From: Muribaculaceae bacterium Zag1
Lineage (GTDB): Bacteria > Bacteroidota > Bacteroidia > Bacteroidales > Muribaculaceae
Assembly: GCA_002633115.1 (NCBI GenBank)
Contig: NWBJ01000030.1
Coordinates: 773-64,772 of the forward strand
Length of the DNA: 64,000 nt
Direction: 5' to 3'
Shown here: one piece after another, positions 10,508-20,939 of the stretch
Layout of the letters: each line of letters opens with the position of its first letter
Numbering within the stretch: the first letter of the stretch is position 1
The notes under the pieces: generated by a model
Seen by the model: the letters and a program-made list of their open reading frames with translations, nothing else
The model's database searches: none
Told to the model about the DNA's origin: nothing
Translations under genes and position numbers: made by a program

Positions 10508-12174
10508 TATGGCTTATTCTGATACAGATATCGCTTTATCGAGCGCTTAGGGGTCTTTTCAAATTCTTCTTTCAGGATCTTGAATTTAGTCACCTTGCTG
10601 TAAGCCGGTATGTCTGAGTTGAGTTGCTTGATGTTCTGAGCCATGATATCCTCAATATCCTTCTCGCTCATGTTCTCCTTTGATGTCAATTCATAATCGG
10701 GATAGATGAGGGCCACCAGCTGATGGTCGGGAGTAGCCACCACCAAGCTCTCGCTCACATAGGGCAGGTTGTTGAGCACTTGCTCAATCTCCTCGGGATA
10801 GATGTTCTGTCCCGACGGACCCAGGATCATGCTCTTGTCGCGGCCTCGGATATAGAGGAATCCATCACTGTCCATCGAACAGATGTCGCCAGTGTTCATC
10901 CAGCCATCCTCGCCCATCACGGCCTCGGTAGCCTCAGGATTCTTGTAATATCCTTGCATCACATTGGTGCCTTTGACCCACAGCACGCCCGGGATGTTGG
11001 CTGGGTCTGGACTGTCGATCTTGGCCTCCATGCGGTCAACGATGCGTCCGCACGATGCCGGACGCTGCTGTTCCCAAGGAGCATAAGCGATCAGCGGCGC
11101 GCACTCGGTCATGCCGTAGCCAACGGTGAATGGGAATTTGATGCGGCGCAAGAATGCCTCGACATCCTTGTTGAGGCCGGCTCCGCCGATGATCAGCTCT
11201 TTGAGATTGCCGCCGAATGTCTCGGTGAGTTTCTCTTTAATCTTAGCCAGGAGTTTCTCGTCGACAAACGGCACCTTGAGCATCAGCTTCATCATCGGTT
11301 TCTCCAAGAGCGGGAACACGCGGGTCTTGATTATCTTCTCAATAATCAATGGCACAGTAATAATCATCTTGGGCTTGATGGTTGCGAAAGCCTTCATGAT
11401 GATAGTCGGCGAGGGCAAGCGAGTCAAGAAATTGAGGTGACATCCCTTGCACAGGCAGTGGATCATATCGCACATCAGGCCGTACATGTGAGCCAACGGC
11501 AACATGCACACTACCCCATCGCCCGGTTTAAGCCAGGTCAGGTGGTCAAAGCAGAATTGCATATTTGACCACAGGGCGCGGTATGGCAGCATCACACCCT
11601 TGCTGAATCCCATCGAGCCCGAGGTGTAATTGATCACTGCCAGTTCCTCGGGCTGGTCAACATAATAATTGACGTCATTGACCGTGAACTCGCGTGGATA
11701 TTTCTGGCCGAATAGTTCGTTGAGGTGGTCGCGTGTCTCGGTGAAGACCTCGTTGCGCGACAGCAGCATCGAATAGTCATGCAGCCCCACTGCGCCCTCG
11801 AGGGCCGGCATCTCATCTGCCTTGAGCGTGGCCCAGATTTCCTTGTCGCAAAACAGCAGACGGGCTTCGCTATGGTTCACCAGATGGTGGATGTTGTCGG
11901 GGTGGAAGTCGTGGAGTATTGGCACAGCCACTGCGCCATAGGTTATGACTGACAGGAAAGCGGTTGCCCACAGGGCACTGTTGCGGCCGCACAGAGCGAT
12001 ACGGTCGCCCTTCTTAATTCCGCCTTTCTCGTAAGCGATATGCAACTTGGCTATCTTTCTGGCTATTCCACGGTATTGGAGCGAGGTGCCTTCAAAATCT
12101 GACAGAGCCAGCCGCTCCCAGTTTTTGCGTATGGCATCCTGTATGTATAGATTGAGACTGTCTCTTCTTTCCAT
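10504..12174 (-). CDS. Long-chain fatty-acid-CoA ligase (AMP-binding)
   Basis: YTSGSMGFSKG, GYGMTEC, WMNTGD, RGRDK motifs. Confidence 0.9.
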   Translation of the reverse strand: MERRDSLNLYIQDAIRKNWERLALSDFEGTSLQYRGIARKIAKLHIAYEKGGIKKGDRIALCGRNSALWATAFLSVITYGAVAVPILHDFHPDNIHHLVNHSEARLLFCDKEIWATLKADEMPALEGAVGLHDYSMLLSRNEVFTETRDHLNELFGQKYPREFTVNDVNYYVDQPEELAVINYTSGSMGFSKGVMLPYRALWSNMQFCFDHLTWLKPGDGVVCMLPLAHMYGLMCDMIHCLCKGCHLNFLTRLPSPTIIMKAFATIKPKMIITVPLIIEKIIKTRVFPLLEKPMMKLMLKVPFVDEKLLAKIKEKLTETFGGNLKELIIGGAGLNKDVEAFLRRIKFPFTVGYGMTECAPLIAYAPWEQQRPASCGRIVDRMEAKIDSPDPANIPGVLWVKGTNVMQGYYKNPEATEAVMGEDGWMNTGDICSMDSDGFLYIRGRDKSMILGPSGQNIYPEEIEQVLNNLPYVSESLVVATPDHQLVALIYPDYELTSKENMSEKDIEDIMAQNIKQLNSDIPAYSKVTKFKILKEEFEKTPKRSIKRYLYQNKPY

Positions 12175-12209
12175 TAGGTTGCTTTTTGGGTTAATGTTAA
12201 ATCCAACCG

Positions 12210-12269
12210 CAAATTTAATAAATATTTTTCGTTTTACACCCTAAATCTGAAAGATATTTCGTACATTTG
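12210..12269. promoter_or_regulatory. Divergent sigma-A promoters for the acyl-CoA ligase (-) and dnaN (+)
   Basis: TAAATTTG on the minus strand at 12210-12217; TACATTTG on the plus strand at 12262-12269. Confidence 0.65.
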
Positions 12270-12299
12270 CACACTAAAATTAAATCATACGCCATAAAT

Positions 12300-13430
12300 A
12301 TGAAATTCTCAGTCCCCAGCAAGACCTTATATTCCCTCGCTTCTGGCGTGAGCAAAGTCATCAACGCCAAAAACGCTCTCACAGTGCTCAACAATTTCCG
12401 CTTCGCTCTCAGCGGCGAAGAACTCACCATCACCGGTTCTGACATCGAGAACGCTCTCACCGCCCGCGTAGCCGTGGCCGGAGCCGAGGGCGAAGGCGTC
12501 TTCTGCATCGACGCCCGCCGTCTGGTCGACCTGCTCAAGGAGCTCCCCGACCAACCCCTCGAGTTCGATATCAACCAAGACACTCTCGAGATCTCAATCT
12601 CTTATGCCAGCGGCCACTATTCGATGGTGGGCGCTCCCGGGGATCAGTATCCCGAGTATAAGAAGGAGGAAGGCGAGGTCGAGCCGGCAGAATTTGAGTG
12701 CGATGCCGAGCAAATCCTCAAGGGAATCGACAATACCCTATTCGCCATCGGCACCGACGATTTCCATCCACAGATGATGGGCATCTTCCTCGACATCATG
12801 CCCGACAATATCACCTTTGTGGCTACCGATACCCGCAAGCTGGTGCGCTTTATCAACCGCAATTGCGCTCCGGGCGTAAGCATGACTTGCATCATGCCGC
12901 TCAAACCGGCCACCATCTTCAAGACCATATTCTCAAAGCAGGACAAGGTGCAAATCACCATCACCTCAAAGAGCGCCACATTCCGCAGCGAGGTGTTCAC
13001 CTTCAACTGCCGCTTCATCAAGGGACGTTTCCCAGATTACAACAAGGTAATACCTAAGAATAATCCCTACACCCTGCGTGTCGATCGCATGCGCTTCCTC
13101 AACGCCGTGCGCCGCGTTGGCGTATTCGTCGACCCCGGCTATGGCATGGAGCGTTTCCGCATCACCAACGACTTGGTGCATATCAAGTCGCACGACCCCA
13201 GCCTGTGCACCATGGGAAGCGAACGCCTCGATTGCGAATACGAAGGTCCCGAGCTGGTGATTGGCTTCAACGCCCCCTTCTTGATCGAGATTTGCAATGT
13301 GCTACCCACCGAGCAGATCATCGTCAAGCTCTCCGACCCGAGCCGTCCCGGTGTGTTCTGCCCCACTGAGAACGAAGAAGGCACCGACCTGCTGATGCTG
13401 CTGATGCCTATGAATGTGGCTGAGTTCTGA
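12300..13430 (+). CDS. dnaN: DNA polymerase III beta clamp
   Basis: MKFSVPSK.., VATDTRKL, GRFPDY, IGFNAPFL, LLMPM; ATG at 12300 preferred because the promoter overlaps the longer start. Confidence 0.97.
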   Translation: MKFSVPSKTLYSLASGVSKVINAKNALTVLNNFRFALSGEELTITGSDIENALTARVAVAGAEGEGVFCIDARRLVDLLKELPDQPLEFDINQDTLEISISYASGHYSMVGAPGDQYPEYKKEEGEVEPAEFECDAEQILKGIDNTLFAIGTDDFHPQMMGIFLDIMPDNITFVATDTRKLVRFINRNCAPGVSMTCIMPLKPATIFKTIFSKQDKVQITITSKSATFRSEVFTFNCRFIKGRFPDYNKVIPKNNPYTLRVDRMRFLNAVRRVGVFVDPGYGMERFRITNDLVHIKSHDPSLCTMGSERLDCEYEGPELVIGFNAPFLIEICNVLPTEQIIVKLSDPSRPGVFCPTENEEGTDLLMLLMPMNVAEF

Positions 13431-13465
13431 AGCCACGACCCCGGACCTAAAGACCCAACAGAAAA

Positions 13466-14230
13466 ATGAAACTATCCCTCAAAAAACCAATAATATTTTT
13501 TGACCTCGAGACCACTGGGTTCAACCTCACCCAAGACCGCATAGTCGAGATTTCGGTGATCAAGGTGATGCCCAATGGCGAGGAGATACGTCGCACACGC
13601 CGCGTCAACCCTGAGATTCCAATCTCGCCCGAGGCCACGGCCACGCACCATATCACCAACGAGGACGTAAAAGACGAACCCACATTCAAGCAAATCGCCA
13701 AGTCGCTGGCGCAAATGTTTGTGGGCTGCGACATAGCTGGGTTCAACTCGAGCCGTTTCGACATTCCGATGCTCGACCAGGAGTTCCAGCGCGTCAATGT
13801 CGATTTCGACTTCTCCAAGGCCCGATTTGTGGATGTCCAGACAATATTTCACAAAAAGGAGCCTCGCAACCTGATTGCCGCCTACCGTTTCTATTGCGAC
13901 AAGGATCTCACCGCTGCCCATAGCGCCGATGCCGACACCCAAGCCACCTACGAGGTGCTGATGGCTCAGCTCGACCGCTACGAGGATTTGCCCAATGAGA
14001 TAGAAAAGCTCGCCGAGTTCTCCCAGCAGAATCGCAATGTCGATTTCGTGGGTCGTCTCATCTATGATGACCAGAATCGCGAGGTGATCAATTTTGGCAA
14101 GTACAAAGGCAAGCTTGCCGAGGATGTACTGCGCCGCGACCCCAGCTATTATGAGTGGATCATGAATGGCGACTTCACTAAGAATACTAAAGATTGCTTC
14201 ACCAAAATAAAGTTGCGCCTCAAGAAATGA
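13466..14230 (+). CDS. dnaQ: DEDDh 3'-5' exonuclease (Pol III epsilon-like)
   Basis: FFDLETTG, AGFN..FD, AHSADADT motifs; follows dnaN. Confidence 0.85.
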   Translation: MKLSLKKPIIFFDLETTGFNLTQDRIVEISVIKVMPNGEEIRRTRRVNPEIPISPEATATHHITNEDVKDEPTFKQIAKSLAQMFVGCDIAGFNSSRFDIPMLDQEFQRVNVDFDFSKARFVDVQTIFHKKEPRNLIAAYRFYCDKDLTAAHSADADTQATYEVLMAQLDRYEDLPNEIEKLAEFSQQNRNVDFVGRLIYDDQNREVINFGKYKGKLAEDVLRRDPSYYEWIMNGDFTKNTKDCFTKIKLRLKK

Positions 14231-15420
14231 AAGGCCGTCATATCATCCTTGGCATCACCGGCGGCATTGCCGCCTACAAGTCAGTGTCTCTGCTCCGGCT
14301 CCTGATCAAGGCCGGGGCAGAGGTGCAAGTAGTGATTACCCCCGCTGGCAAGCAGTTTATCACCCCAGTCACCCTGTCGGCCCTATCCGGGCGTCCGGTG
14401 ATAAGTGAGTTTTTCACTGCCAACACCGGCGAGTGGCATAGCCATGTCGACCTCGGCCTGTGGGCCGATGCCATGGTGATAGCCCCAGCCACCGCTTCGA
14501 CTATCGCCAAGATGGCCAACGGCGTGGCCGACAATATGCTGGTCACAACTTACCTCTCGGCCAAATGCCCGGTATTCGTGGCACCGGCCATGGACCTCGA
14601 CATGATGGCCCACCCCTCAACCCAAGCCAATATCGAGCGGCTGCGTTCGTATGGCAACCATATCATCGAGCCAGCCTCGGGCGAATTGGCCAGCCATCTG
14701 GTAGGCAAAGGCCGCATGGAGGAACCGGAAAATATCTTCAAGGTGCTTCAGGATCATTTCGCCCATGGCCTCGACCTGGCTGGCAAGCATGTGATGATTA
14801 CTGCCGGTCCGACATACGAAAAGATAGACCCTGTGCGTTTTATAGGAAATTACTCATCCGGCAAGATGGGTTACGCGCTGGCCGAAGAGGCGGCAGAACG
14901 CGGCGCCAAGGTGACTCTGGTGAGCGGTCCCGTCAATCTGACAGCCTCGAATCCCAACATACAGGTGGTCAAGGTTGAATCTGCTCGGCAGATGCTCGAG
15001 GCGTGCCTCGAGACATTCCCCCACTCTGACATCGCTGTGATGTGCGCGGCTGTGGCCGACTACGCACCGGAATCGGTGGCCGATGTCAAGATCAAGCGCG
15101 AACATCAAGATGCTCCGGTAATCCGTCTGGTCAAAAATCCCGACATAGCCGCCGCGCTCGGCGCTCAGAAGCGCCTAGGACAAATCCTGGCTGGTTTTGC
15201 GCTTGAGACTCACGATGAGGAGAAGCATGCCAAGGAGAAAATCACGAAGAAAAATCTTGACATGATCGTGCTCAACTCGCTGCGCGACCCTGGAGCCGGA
15301 TTCCAAACCGACACCAACAAAATCACAATCATCGATGCCGACGGCTCGGAGATAGCCTTCCCGCTCAAGACCAAACGCGAGGCTGCAGCCGACATCATCG
15401 ACCATATCTTATCTTTATGA
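14227..15420 (+). CDS. coaBC: Phosphopantothenoylcysteine decarboxylase/ligase
   Basis: GITGGIAAYKS, APAMDLDM, TAGPTYEKIDPVRFIGNYSSGKMG; ATGA overlap at 14227. Confidence 0.97.
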   Translation: MKGRHIILGITGGIAAYKSVSLLRLLIKAGAEVQVVITPAGKQFITPVTLSALSGRPVISEFFTANTGEWHSHVDLGLWADAMVIAPATASTIAKMANGVADNMLVTTYLSAKCPVFVAPAMDLDMMAHPSTQANIERLRSYGNHIIEPASGELASHLVGKGRMEEPENIFKVLQDHFAHGLDLAGKHVMITAGPTYEKIDPVRFIGNYSSGKMGYALAEEAAERGAKVTLVSGPVNLTASNPNIQVVKVESARQMLEACLETFPHSDIAVMCAAVADYAPESVADVKIKREHQDAPVIRLVKNPDIAAALGAQKRLGQILAGFALETHDEEKHAKEKITKKNLDMIVLNSLRDPGAGFQTDTNKITIIDADGSEIAFPLKTKREAAADIIDHILSL

Positions 15421-16343
15421 ATATTGCACACATACCCTGCCTCAGGCCCTTGGCCATTGTTTTCTTGGCGCTGGTTGCGACTATCGCACCCCGAGCCCAA
15501 GAACTCAATTGCCGAGTCGAAGTAAACTACTCTCAGCTGGCGCAAGCCCAGGAGTCGGTGTTTACCACCCTGCAGGAGGCTATCAATGACTACATGAACA
15601 CCAATATCTTCTCAAACGCGCAGTTTGCCGTCAATGAGAAGATCGAATGTCAACTCTACATCACAGTAAAGGAATACTCCGACGGATTGATCAAGGGCGA
15701 CTTGCAGATACAGTCGACGCGCCCGGTGTACAATAGCGCTTACACCACCACAATCCTCAATTTCAAGGATTCAAAGATAGACTTTGAATACCAAGAGGGC
15801 GACCAGCTGATTTACTCTATTAATACGATGGAGAGCCAGCTGACCGCCATACTCAATTATTACGCCTATCTGATTCTGGCCCTCGATTTCGACACATTCT
15901 CGCGCCGTGGCGGTGACCCGTATTACGAGAAGCTGCGCCAAATCGTGCTGCAAGGCCAATCGTCGGGCAATGTGGGCTGGAAAGCATTTGAGGATACCAA
16001 GAACCGCTCAGCTGTGCTTAGCGCTCTCACTGACAATAGCACCCAGATGCTGCGCGACATGCTGTACGAGTATCATCTGACTGGGCTCGACCAGATGTCG
16101 GTGTCGCCCGAAAAGGGACGCGCCGCCATCCACAAGTCGCTGCAATACATCAAGCAGGTGTATTCGGCAGCGCCGATGTCGGTGGGCCTGTCAATGTTTA
16201 AGGACGCCAAGATGGACGAGCTGGTCAACATATACAGCAAGGCAACAGCCGAAGAGCGCAAAGATGCCTACGACCTGCTCCAGCCAATTTATCCGGCCGA
16301 ATCAACGCGCCTCGACAAAATAAAGAAAGGAGCTGAAAAATGA
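15417..16343 (+). CDS. DUF4835 / PorD-family secreted protein
   Basis: Signal peptide then QELNCRVEVN; RPVYNSAY, DFDTFS motifs; position between coaBC and recN. Confidence 0.75.
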   Translation: MNIAHIPCLRPLAIVFLALVATIAPRAQELNCRVEVNYSQLAQAQESVFTTLQEAINDYMNTNIFSNAQFAVNEKIECQLYITVKEYSDGLIKGDLQIQSTRPVYNSAYTTTILNFKDSKIDFEYQEGDQLIYSINTMESQLTAILNYYAYLILALDFDTFSRRGGDPYYEKLRQIVLQGQSSGNVGWKAFEDTKNRSAVLSALTDNSTQMLRDMLYEYHLTGLDQMSVSPEKGRAAIHKSLQYIKQVYSAAPMSVGLSMFKDAKMDELVNIYSKATAEERKDAYDLLQPIYPAESTRLDKIKKGAEK

Positions 16344-18004
16344 TACAGCGACTGCACATATCCAACTACGCCCTAATCTCAACGATTGACATACAATTTC
16401 AGCAGGGCCTCAACATTATTACTGGCGAGACCGGAGCTGGAAAGTCGATCATCCTGGGAGCGCTCTCGCTCTTGCTCGGCGGACGTGCCGACCTGAGGGC
16501 TATCCGCGATGCGTCAAAAAAATCAATCATCGAGGCTTATTTCGACACTAAGGGCTTCGCGTTGCTCCGTCCGATATTTACCGACAATGATATCGACTGG
16601 GACGATGACACATGTATCCTACGGCGCGAGTTGTCGCCGTCAGGGCGTTCGCGCGCATTTATAAATGATACGCCAGTCAATCTGCAGCTCCTGCACGATG
16701 TGGCTATTCAGCTTGTCGACATACACTCGCAGCATCAAAATCTGCTCCTCGCCAATCATGACTATCAGCTGTCGGTGATTGACAGTCTGGCCGAGAATAA
16801 GCATCTGCTGGAGCGATACGCCGAGGCTTATCAAGCCTATCGCGCTGCGCTTAAGCGGTACACAGATACTCGCGACATGATTACTCGCAACCAGGCCGAT
16901 GCTGAGTTCATATCCTTCCAGCTCGACCAGCTCAACGAGATGAAATTGCAGCCGGGCGAACAAGAAGAGTTGGAGCGTGAGCGTGACAAACTCGCCAATA
17001 TGACTCAAATCAAGGAATATCTCTCAGATGCCAACGAGGCCCTGTCGGGTCGCGAAAGCAATGTGCTGGCTGGGCTGGCCGAGGCGGCCGACAGTCTGCA
17101 GCGGTTGAGCGATGTGCTTGATGATGCCGATTCGCTTGCCGAGAGATTGGAGAGCGCAAGATTGGAAATCAAGGATATCGCCGAGACGATTGCTGATTAC
17201 AATTCTGATATGAATGCTGACCCACAGCTGCTCGATGATATCGAGACACGCTTGGGGCGCATCTACTCATTAGAGACTAAGCATCATGTCGAGACAAGCG
17301 ATGACCTGATTGCATTACGCGACAAGCTGGCTGCCCAGCTCGCCGCTATCGACAATGCCGATGAGTCGCTCGCCGTATTGCAAGAAGAGGCCAAGACTGC
17401 CAAAAAGGCTGCCTCGGCGATTGCTCGGCAATTGTCAGAAAGGCGCCACGCGCAAGCGTCGGTGTTCGCCGAGGAATTGCGCGAACGCGCCATGCCGCTC
17501 GGCATGAAGAATCTGCGCTGCGAGGTAACCTTCTCTCCTACCAAGCTATCGCCCACGGGTATTGACCAAGTGGATTTCAAATTCGCTTTCAACAAGAATC
17601 AGCCATTGATGTCGGTTGGCGCCACTGCTTCAGGCGGTGAGATTTCGCGTCTTATCCTCTCGATCAAATTGGTAATCGCTGAGAAGATGCAATTGCCGAC
17701 AATCATATTCGATGAGGTAGACACTGGCGTGTCGGGCGATGTGGCAGTGCGCATGGGCGTACTTATGGCTCACATCTCACTCACTGCCCAAGTGATTGCC
17801 ATCACCCACCTGCCACAGGTGGCCGCTAAGGGCTCGGCGCATTACAAGGTGTACAAAGAAGATGACGAGACATCGACCAATACGCGAATTCGTTTGTTAA
17901 CACAAGAGGAGCGTGTCGGCGAACTCGCCCTTATGCTCAGCGGCACCCCCAATGACCCCTCGGCTCGCGCCGCAGCCCAGACCCTTCTCAACTCTAACTC
18001 ATAA
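16340..18004 (+). CDS. recN: DNA repair protein RecN
   Basis: GETGAGKS Walker A, coiled coil, ASGGEISR, IFDEVDTG, ITHLPQVAA. Confidence 0.97.
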   Translation: MIQRLHISNYALISTIDIQFQQGLNIITGETGAGKSIILGALSLLLGGRADLRAIRDASKKSIIEAYFDTKGFALLRPIFTDNDIDWDDDTCILRRELSPSGRSRAFINDTPVNLQLLHDVAIQLVDIHSQHQNLLLANHDYQLSVIDSLAENKHLLERYAEAYQAYRAALKRYTDTRDMITRNQADAEFISFQLDQLNEMKLQPGEQEELERERDKLANMTQIKEYLSDANEALSGRESNVLAGLAEAADSLQRLSDVLDDADSLAERLESARLEIKDIAETIADYNSDMNADPQLLDDIETRLGRIYSLETKHHVETSDDLIALRDKLAAQLAAIDNADESLAVLQEEAKTAKKAASAIARQLSERRHAQASVFAEELRERAMPLGMKNLRCEVTFSPTKLSPTGIDQVDFKFAFNKNQPLMSVGATASGGEISRLILSIKLVIAEKMQLPTIIFDEVDTGVSGDVAVRMGVLMAHISLTAQVIAITHLPQVAAKGSAHYKVYKEDDETSTNTRIRLLTQEERVGELALMLSGTPNDPSARAAAQTLLNSNS

Positions 18005-18009
18005 CCCTT

Positions 18010-18093
18010 AGTTTATAACTTATCCCTTATAGTTTATAACTTATCCCTTACAGTTTATAACTTATCCCTTACAGTTTATAACTTATCCCTTAC
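18010..18093. repeat. Tandem repeat, 4 x 21 bp AGTTTATAACTTATCCCTTA(C/T)
   Basis: Four contiguous units with no spacers; only the last base of unit 1 differs. Confidence 0.95.
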
Positions 18094-18110
18094 ACCTTAA
18101 CCTTAATTTC

Positions 18111-18866
18111 ATGGAGCCCACCGATTACATCTATGGCCTGAGAGCCGTGATTGAAGCTATCGAAGCTGGTAAAGACATAGACAAGATCTTGATCAAAAAA
18201 GACTTGCAAGGCGACCTCGCCAACGAATTGATGCGCCTCGTGCGCGAGCATCATCTGTATGCCCAGCGAGTGCCTATCGAGAAGATTAGCCGCATCACCC
18301 AGAAGAATCATCAGGGCGTGGTAGCTTTCTTGTCATCGGTGACCTATACTCGCGTGGGCGAGTTGGTGCCATCGCTCTATGAGAGCGGCGTGTTGCCATT
18401 CGTAATCGTGCTCGACGGCATCACTGATGTGCGCAACTTCGGCGCCATCGCCCGTACGGCCGAGTGTTGCGGCGCCAATGCCTTGGTTATCCCCGAACGC
18501 CACAGCGCAAGCGCTGGAGGCGATGCTATGAAGACCTCGGCCGGAGCCCTCAATTACATACAGGTGTGCCGAGAACGCAATCTGACCTCGGCGGTGAAAT
18601 ATCTCAAGGACAATGGATATCAGATAATAGGCGTGACCGAGAAGGCCAACCTCAACTATACCGAACCCGACTACACCACCCCGGTGGCTCTGGTGATGGG
18701 TGCTGAGGATGTGGGCATCTCGCCCGAGATTCTCGACCTGTGCGACTACCGAGTGTCAATTCCGATGTTCGGCAAAATTGGCAGCTTGAATGTGTCTGTG
18801 GCAGCCGGCGTGATGATGTACGAGGTGGTGCGCCAGCGCCTCAAAGCCGACATGGAAGTGATATAG
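18111..18866 (+). CDS. rlmB: TrmH/SpoU-family 23S rRNA 2'-O-methyltransferase
   Basis: NHQGVVA, LDGITDVRNFGAIARTA, MGAEDVG, SLNVSVAAG. Confidence 0.9.
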   Translation: MEPTDYIYGLRAVIEAIEAGKDIDKILIKKDLQGDLANELMRLVREHHLYAQRVPIEKISRITQKNHQGVVAFLSSVTYTRVGELVPSLYESGVLPFVIVLDGITDVRNFGAIARTAECCGANALVIPERHSASAGGDAMKTSAGALNYIQVCRERNLTSAVKYLKDNGYQIIGVTEKANLNYTEPDYTTPVALVMGAEDVGISPEILDLCDYRVSIPMFGKIGSLNVSVAAGVMMYEVVRQRLKADMEVI

Positions 18867-18894
18867 GTTTTTGGCTTTTAGTTTTTGGTTTTTG
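18867..18894. repeat. Heptamer array (GTTTTTG)-like x4 directly after the rlmB stop
   Basis: GTTTTTG GCTTTTA GTTTTTG GTTTTTG. Confidence 0.7.
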
Positions 18895-18924
18895 GAACTG
18901 ATAGGCGTGAATTAATAAGAACAG

Positions 18925-20733
18925 ATGGCGAATTTTCTGCAGATAGAGAATCTGACCAAGAGCATCGGCGACCGAATGCTCTTTGCCGATGTGAACCTGG
19001 CTGTCAACGAGGGCGATAAGATTGGTATCATTGCTAAGAATGGCGCAGGTAAGAGCACCTTGCTGCGCATTCTTGCCGGACAAGAGGATTATGACAGTGG
19101 CAAGATTTCGCAAAAGTCGGGCCTGCGGGTTGCTTATCTTGATCAGGATAGCGTGTTCGACCCCGACCTGTCGGTTATCCAAGCTTGCCTAAAGGCAACG
19201 CCCATACCCCCCGAACATCTCCACGCTGATGAGACAGGCGCGGGCTTTGAGCAGAGATTTCGCCAGATGCTATCCCAACTCGGTGTAACCGATATCGAGG
19301 CCCCCGTCAAGAATATGTCGGGTGGTCAGCTCAAGCGCATGTCGATAGCTTGCGCTCTGATTACCGAACCAGACCTGCTGCTTCTCGATGAGCCAACCAA
19401 CCATCTTGACATTGGCGTGATCGAGTGGCTTGAGGGGTATCTGCGCCGTTCGCGTTCTACCCTGCTGATGGTGACTCACGACCGATATTTCCTCGACCGC
19501 GTTTGCAATCATATCATCGAGATTGACCGAGAGCGAGTGTTCTCTTATGATGGCAATTATGACTACTACTTGCGCCGGCGCCAAGAGCGCATCGAGGCTA
19601 TGGGAGCCGAACTGGCCAGAGTAAAGAATACGCTGCGCCGCGAACAGGAATGGATGAGCCGTCAGCCCCAGGCACGAGCCGGAAAAGCCAAATACCGCAT
19701 CGATCAATATTACGACCTGAAAGAGCGCTCGCGCGTAAATCTCTCAGAGCGCAATGTCAACCTCGACATCAGCAAGTCGGCTTACATCGGCAGCAAGATT
19801 TTTGAGGCCGAGGGAGTGAGCAAGAGATTTGGCGACAAGGTGATTCTTGACGATTTCACCTATACCTTCGCGCGCGGCGAGAAGGTTGGCATCATCGGGC
19901 CCAATGGCGTGGGCAAGTCCACATTCATCAAGATGCTGCAAGGGCTGATGCCACAGGATTCTGGACAGTGGAATTTGGGTGAGACCGTGCGATTCGGATA
20001 TTATTCCCAAGAGGGCATTGCCTTTGACGAGAATAAGAGGGTAATTGACGCGGTGACTGAATTGACCGAGGATATCCAAATTGCCGATGGCAATCATCTT
20101 TCACCCATGCAATTCTTGCAGCACTTCTTGTTTTCGGTGCCAGACCAGCAGAAATACATTTATAAGCTGAGCGGCGGCGAGAAGCGACGCTTGTATCTCG
20201 CCACAGTGCTGATGCGTAATCCTAACTTCTTGATTCTTGACGAGCCAACCAACGACCTTGATATTGTCACTCTGGGTTTGCTCGAGGAGTATCTGTCAAA
20301 ATTCAAGGGCTGCGTGATTGTGGTAAGTCACGACCGATTCTTCCTCGACAACATCGTTGACCATCTCTTCGTGATGGAGGGCAACGGCGTGGTCAAGGAT
20401 TTCCCCGGCACCTACACCGAGTATCACCAGTGGCGCGAAGAGCACGACCGTGCCGAGCAAGAAAAGGAGAAAGCCGCCAAGACCCCCACCCCTGCTGCAG
20501 AGCGCCCTAAGGCTAACCGCCCAGCCAAACTCACCTATAAGGAGAAGCGTGAATTCGAGGCTCTCGAGGCTGAGCTGGCCGAACTGTACGCTGAAAAAGA
20601 AGCCCTCGAGGCCCTATTCAATTCCGGCGAATCCATCCCCGACATCGCCGCCAAGTCAGCTCGCTACAGCGAACTCTCCCCTCTCATAGACGAAAAAGAG
20701 CTCCGCTGGCTCGAGCTCTCCGAAAAAGCTTAA
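18925..20733 (+). CDS. ABC-F family ATPase (Uup-like)
   Basis: Two NBDs (NGAGKST/MSGGQ; NGVGKST/LSGGE), no TM domain, C-terminal coiled coil. Confidence 0.9.
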   Translation: MANFLQIENLTKSIGDRMLFADVNLAVNEGDKIGIIAKNGAGKSTLLRILAGQEDYDSGKISQKSGLRVAYLDQDSVFDPDLSVIQACLKATPIPPEHLHADETGAGFEQRFRQMLSQLGVTDIEAPVKNMSGGQLKRMSIACALITEPDLLLLDEPTNHLDIGVIEWLEGYLRRSRSTLLMVTHDRYFLDRVCNHIIEIDRERVFSYDGNYDYYLRRRQERIEAMGAELARVKNTLRREQEWMSRQPQARAGKAKYRIDQYYDLKERSRVNLSERNVNLDISKSAYIGSKIFEAEGVSKRFGDKVILDDFTYTFARGEKVGIIGPNGVGKSTFIKMLQGLMPQDSGQWNLGETVRFGYYSQEGIAFDENKRVIDAVTELTEDIQIADGNHLSPMQFLQHFLFSVPDQQKYIYKLSGGEKRRLYLATVLMRNPNFLILDEPTNDLDIVTLGLLEEYLSKFKGCVIVVSHDRFFLDNIVDHLFVMEGNGVVKDFPGTYTEYHQWREEHDRAEQEKEKAAKTPTPAAERPKANRPAKLTYKEKREFEALEAELAELYAEKEALEALFNSGESIPDIAAKSARYSELSPLIDEKELRWLELSEKA

Positions 20734-20734
20734 G

Positions 20735-20914
20735 GGTGTCCACGCGCCCCGACTATCGCTGAGCGTAGGTAGCAAGGAGGCCGTTGATGAAATGACCGAA
20801 AGGTTACGCCATGACGGCTACGATGTGGCCGACGGTCCTCGCACCACCAGCGATGGGTATTACGAAAGCGCAGTAGTGGGCATTGATGGAAACCTGATAG
20901 AGATAACCGTATAA
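20735..20914 (+). pseudogene. C-terminal remnant of a VOC/glyoxalase-family gene
   Basis: Frame reads [50 protein letters not shown]; the N-terminal half is absent. Confidence 0.7.
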
Positions 20915-20939
20915 ATTTTAGGGCAAAATAAGAATAGGG

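Noticed and set aside
18010-18093. CRISPR array or plasmid origin
   Set aside because: Repeats are contiguous with no spacers, and no cas or rep gene is in the window
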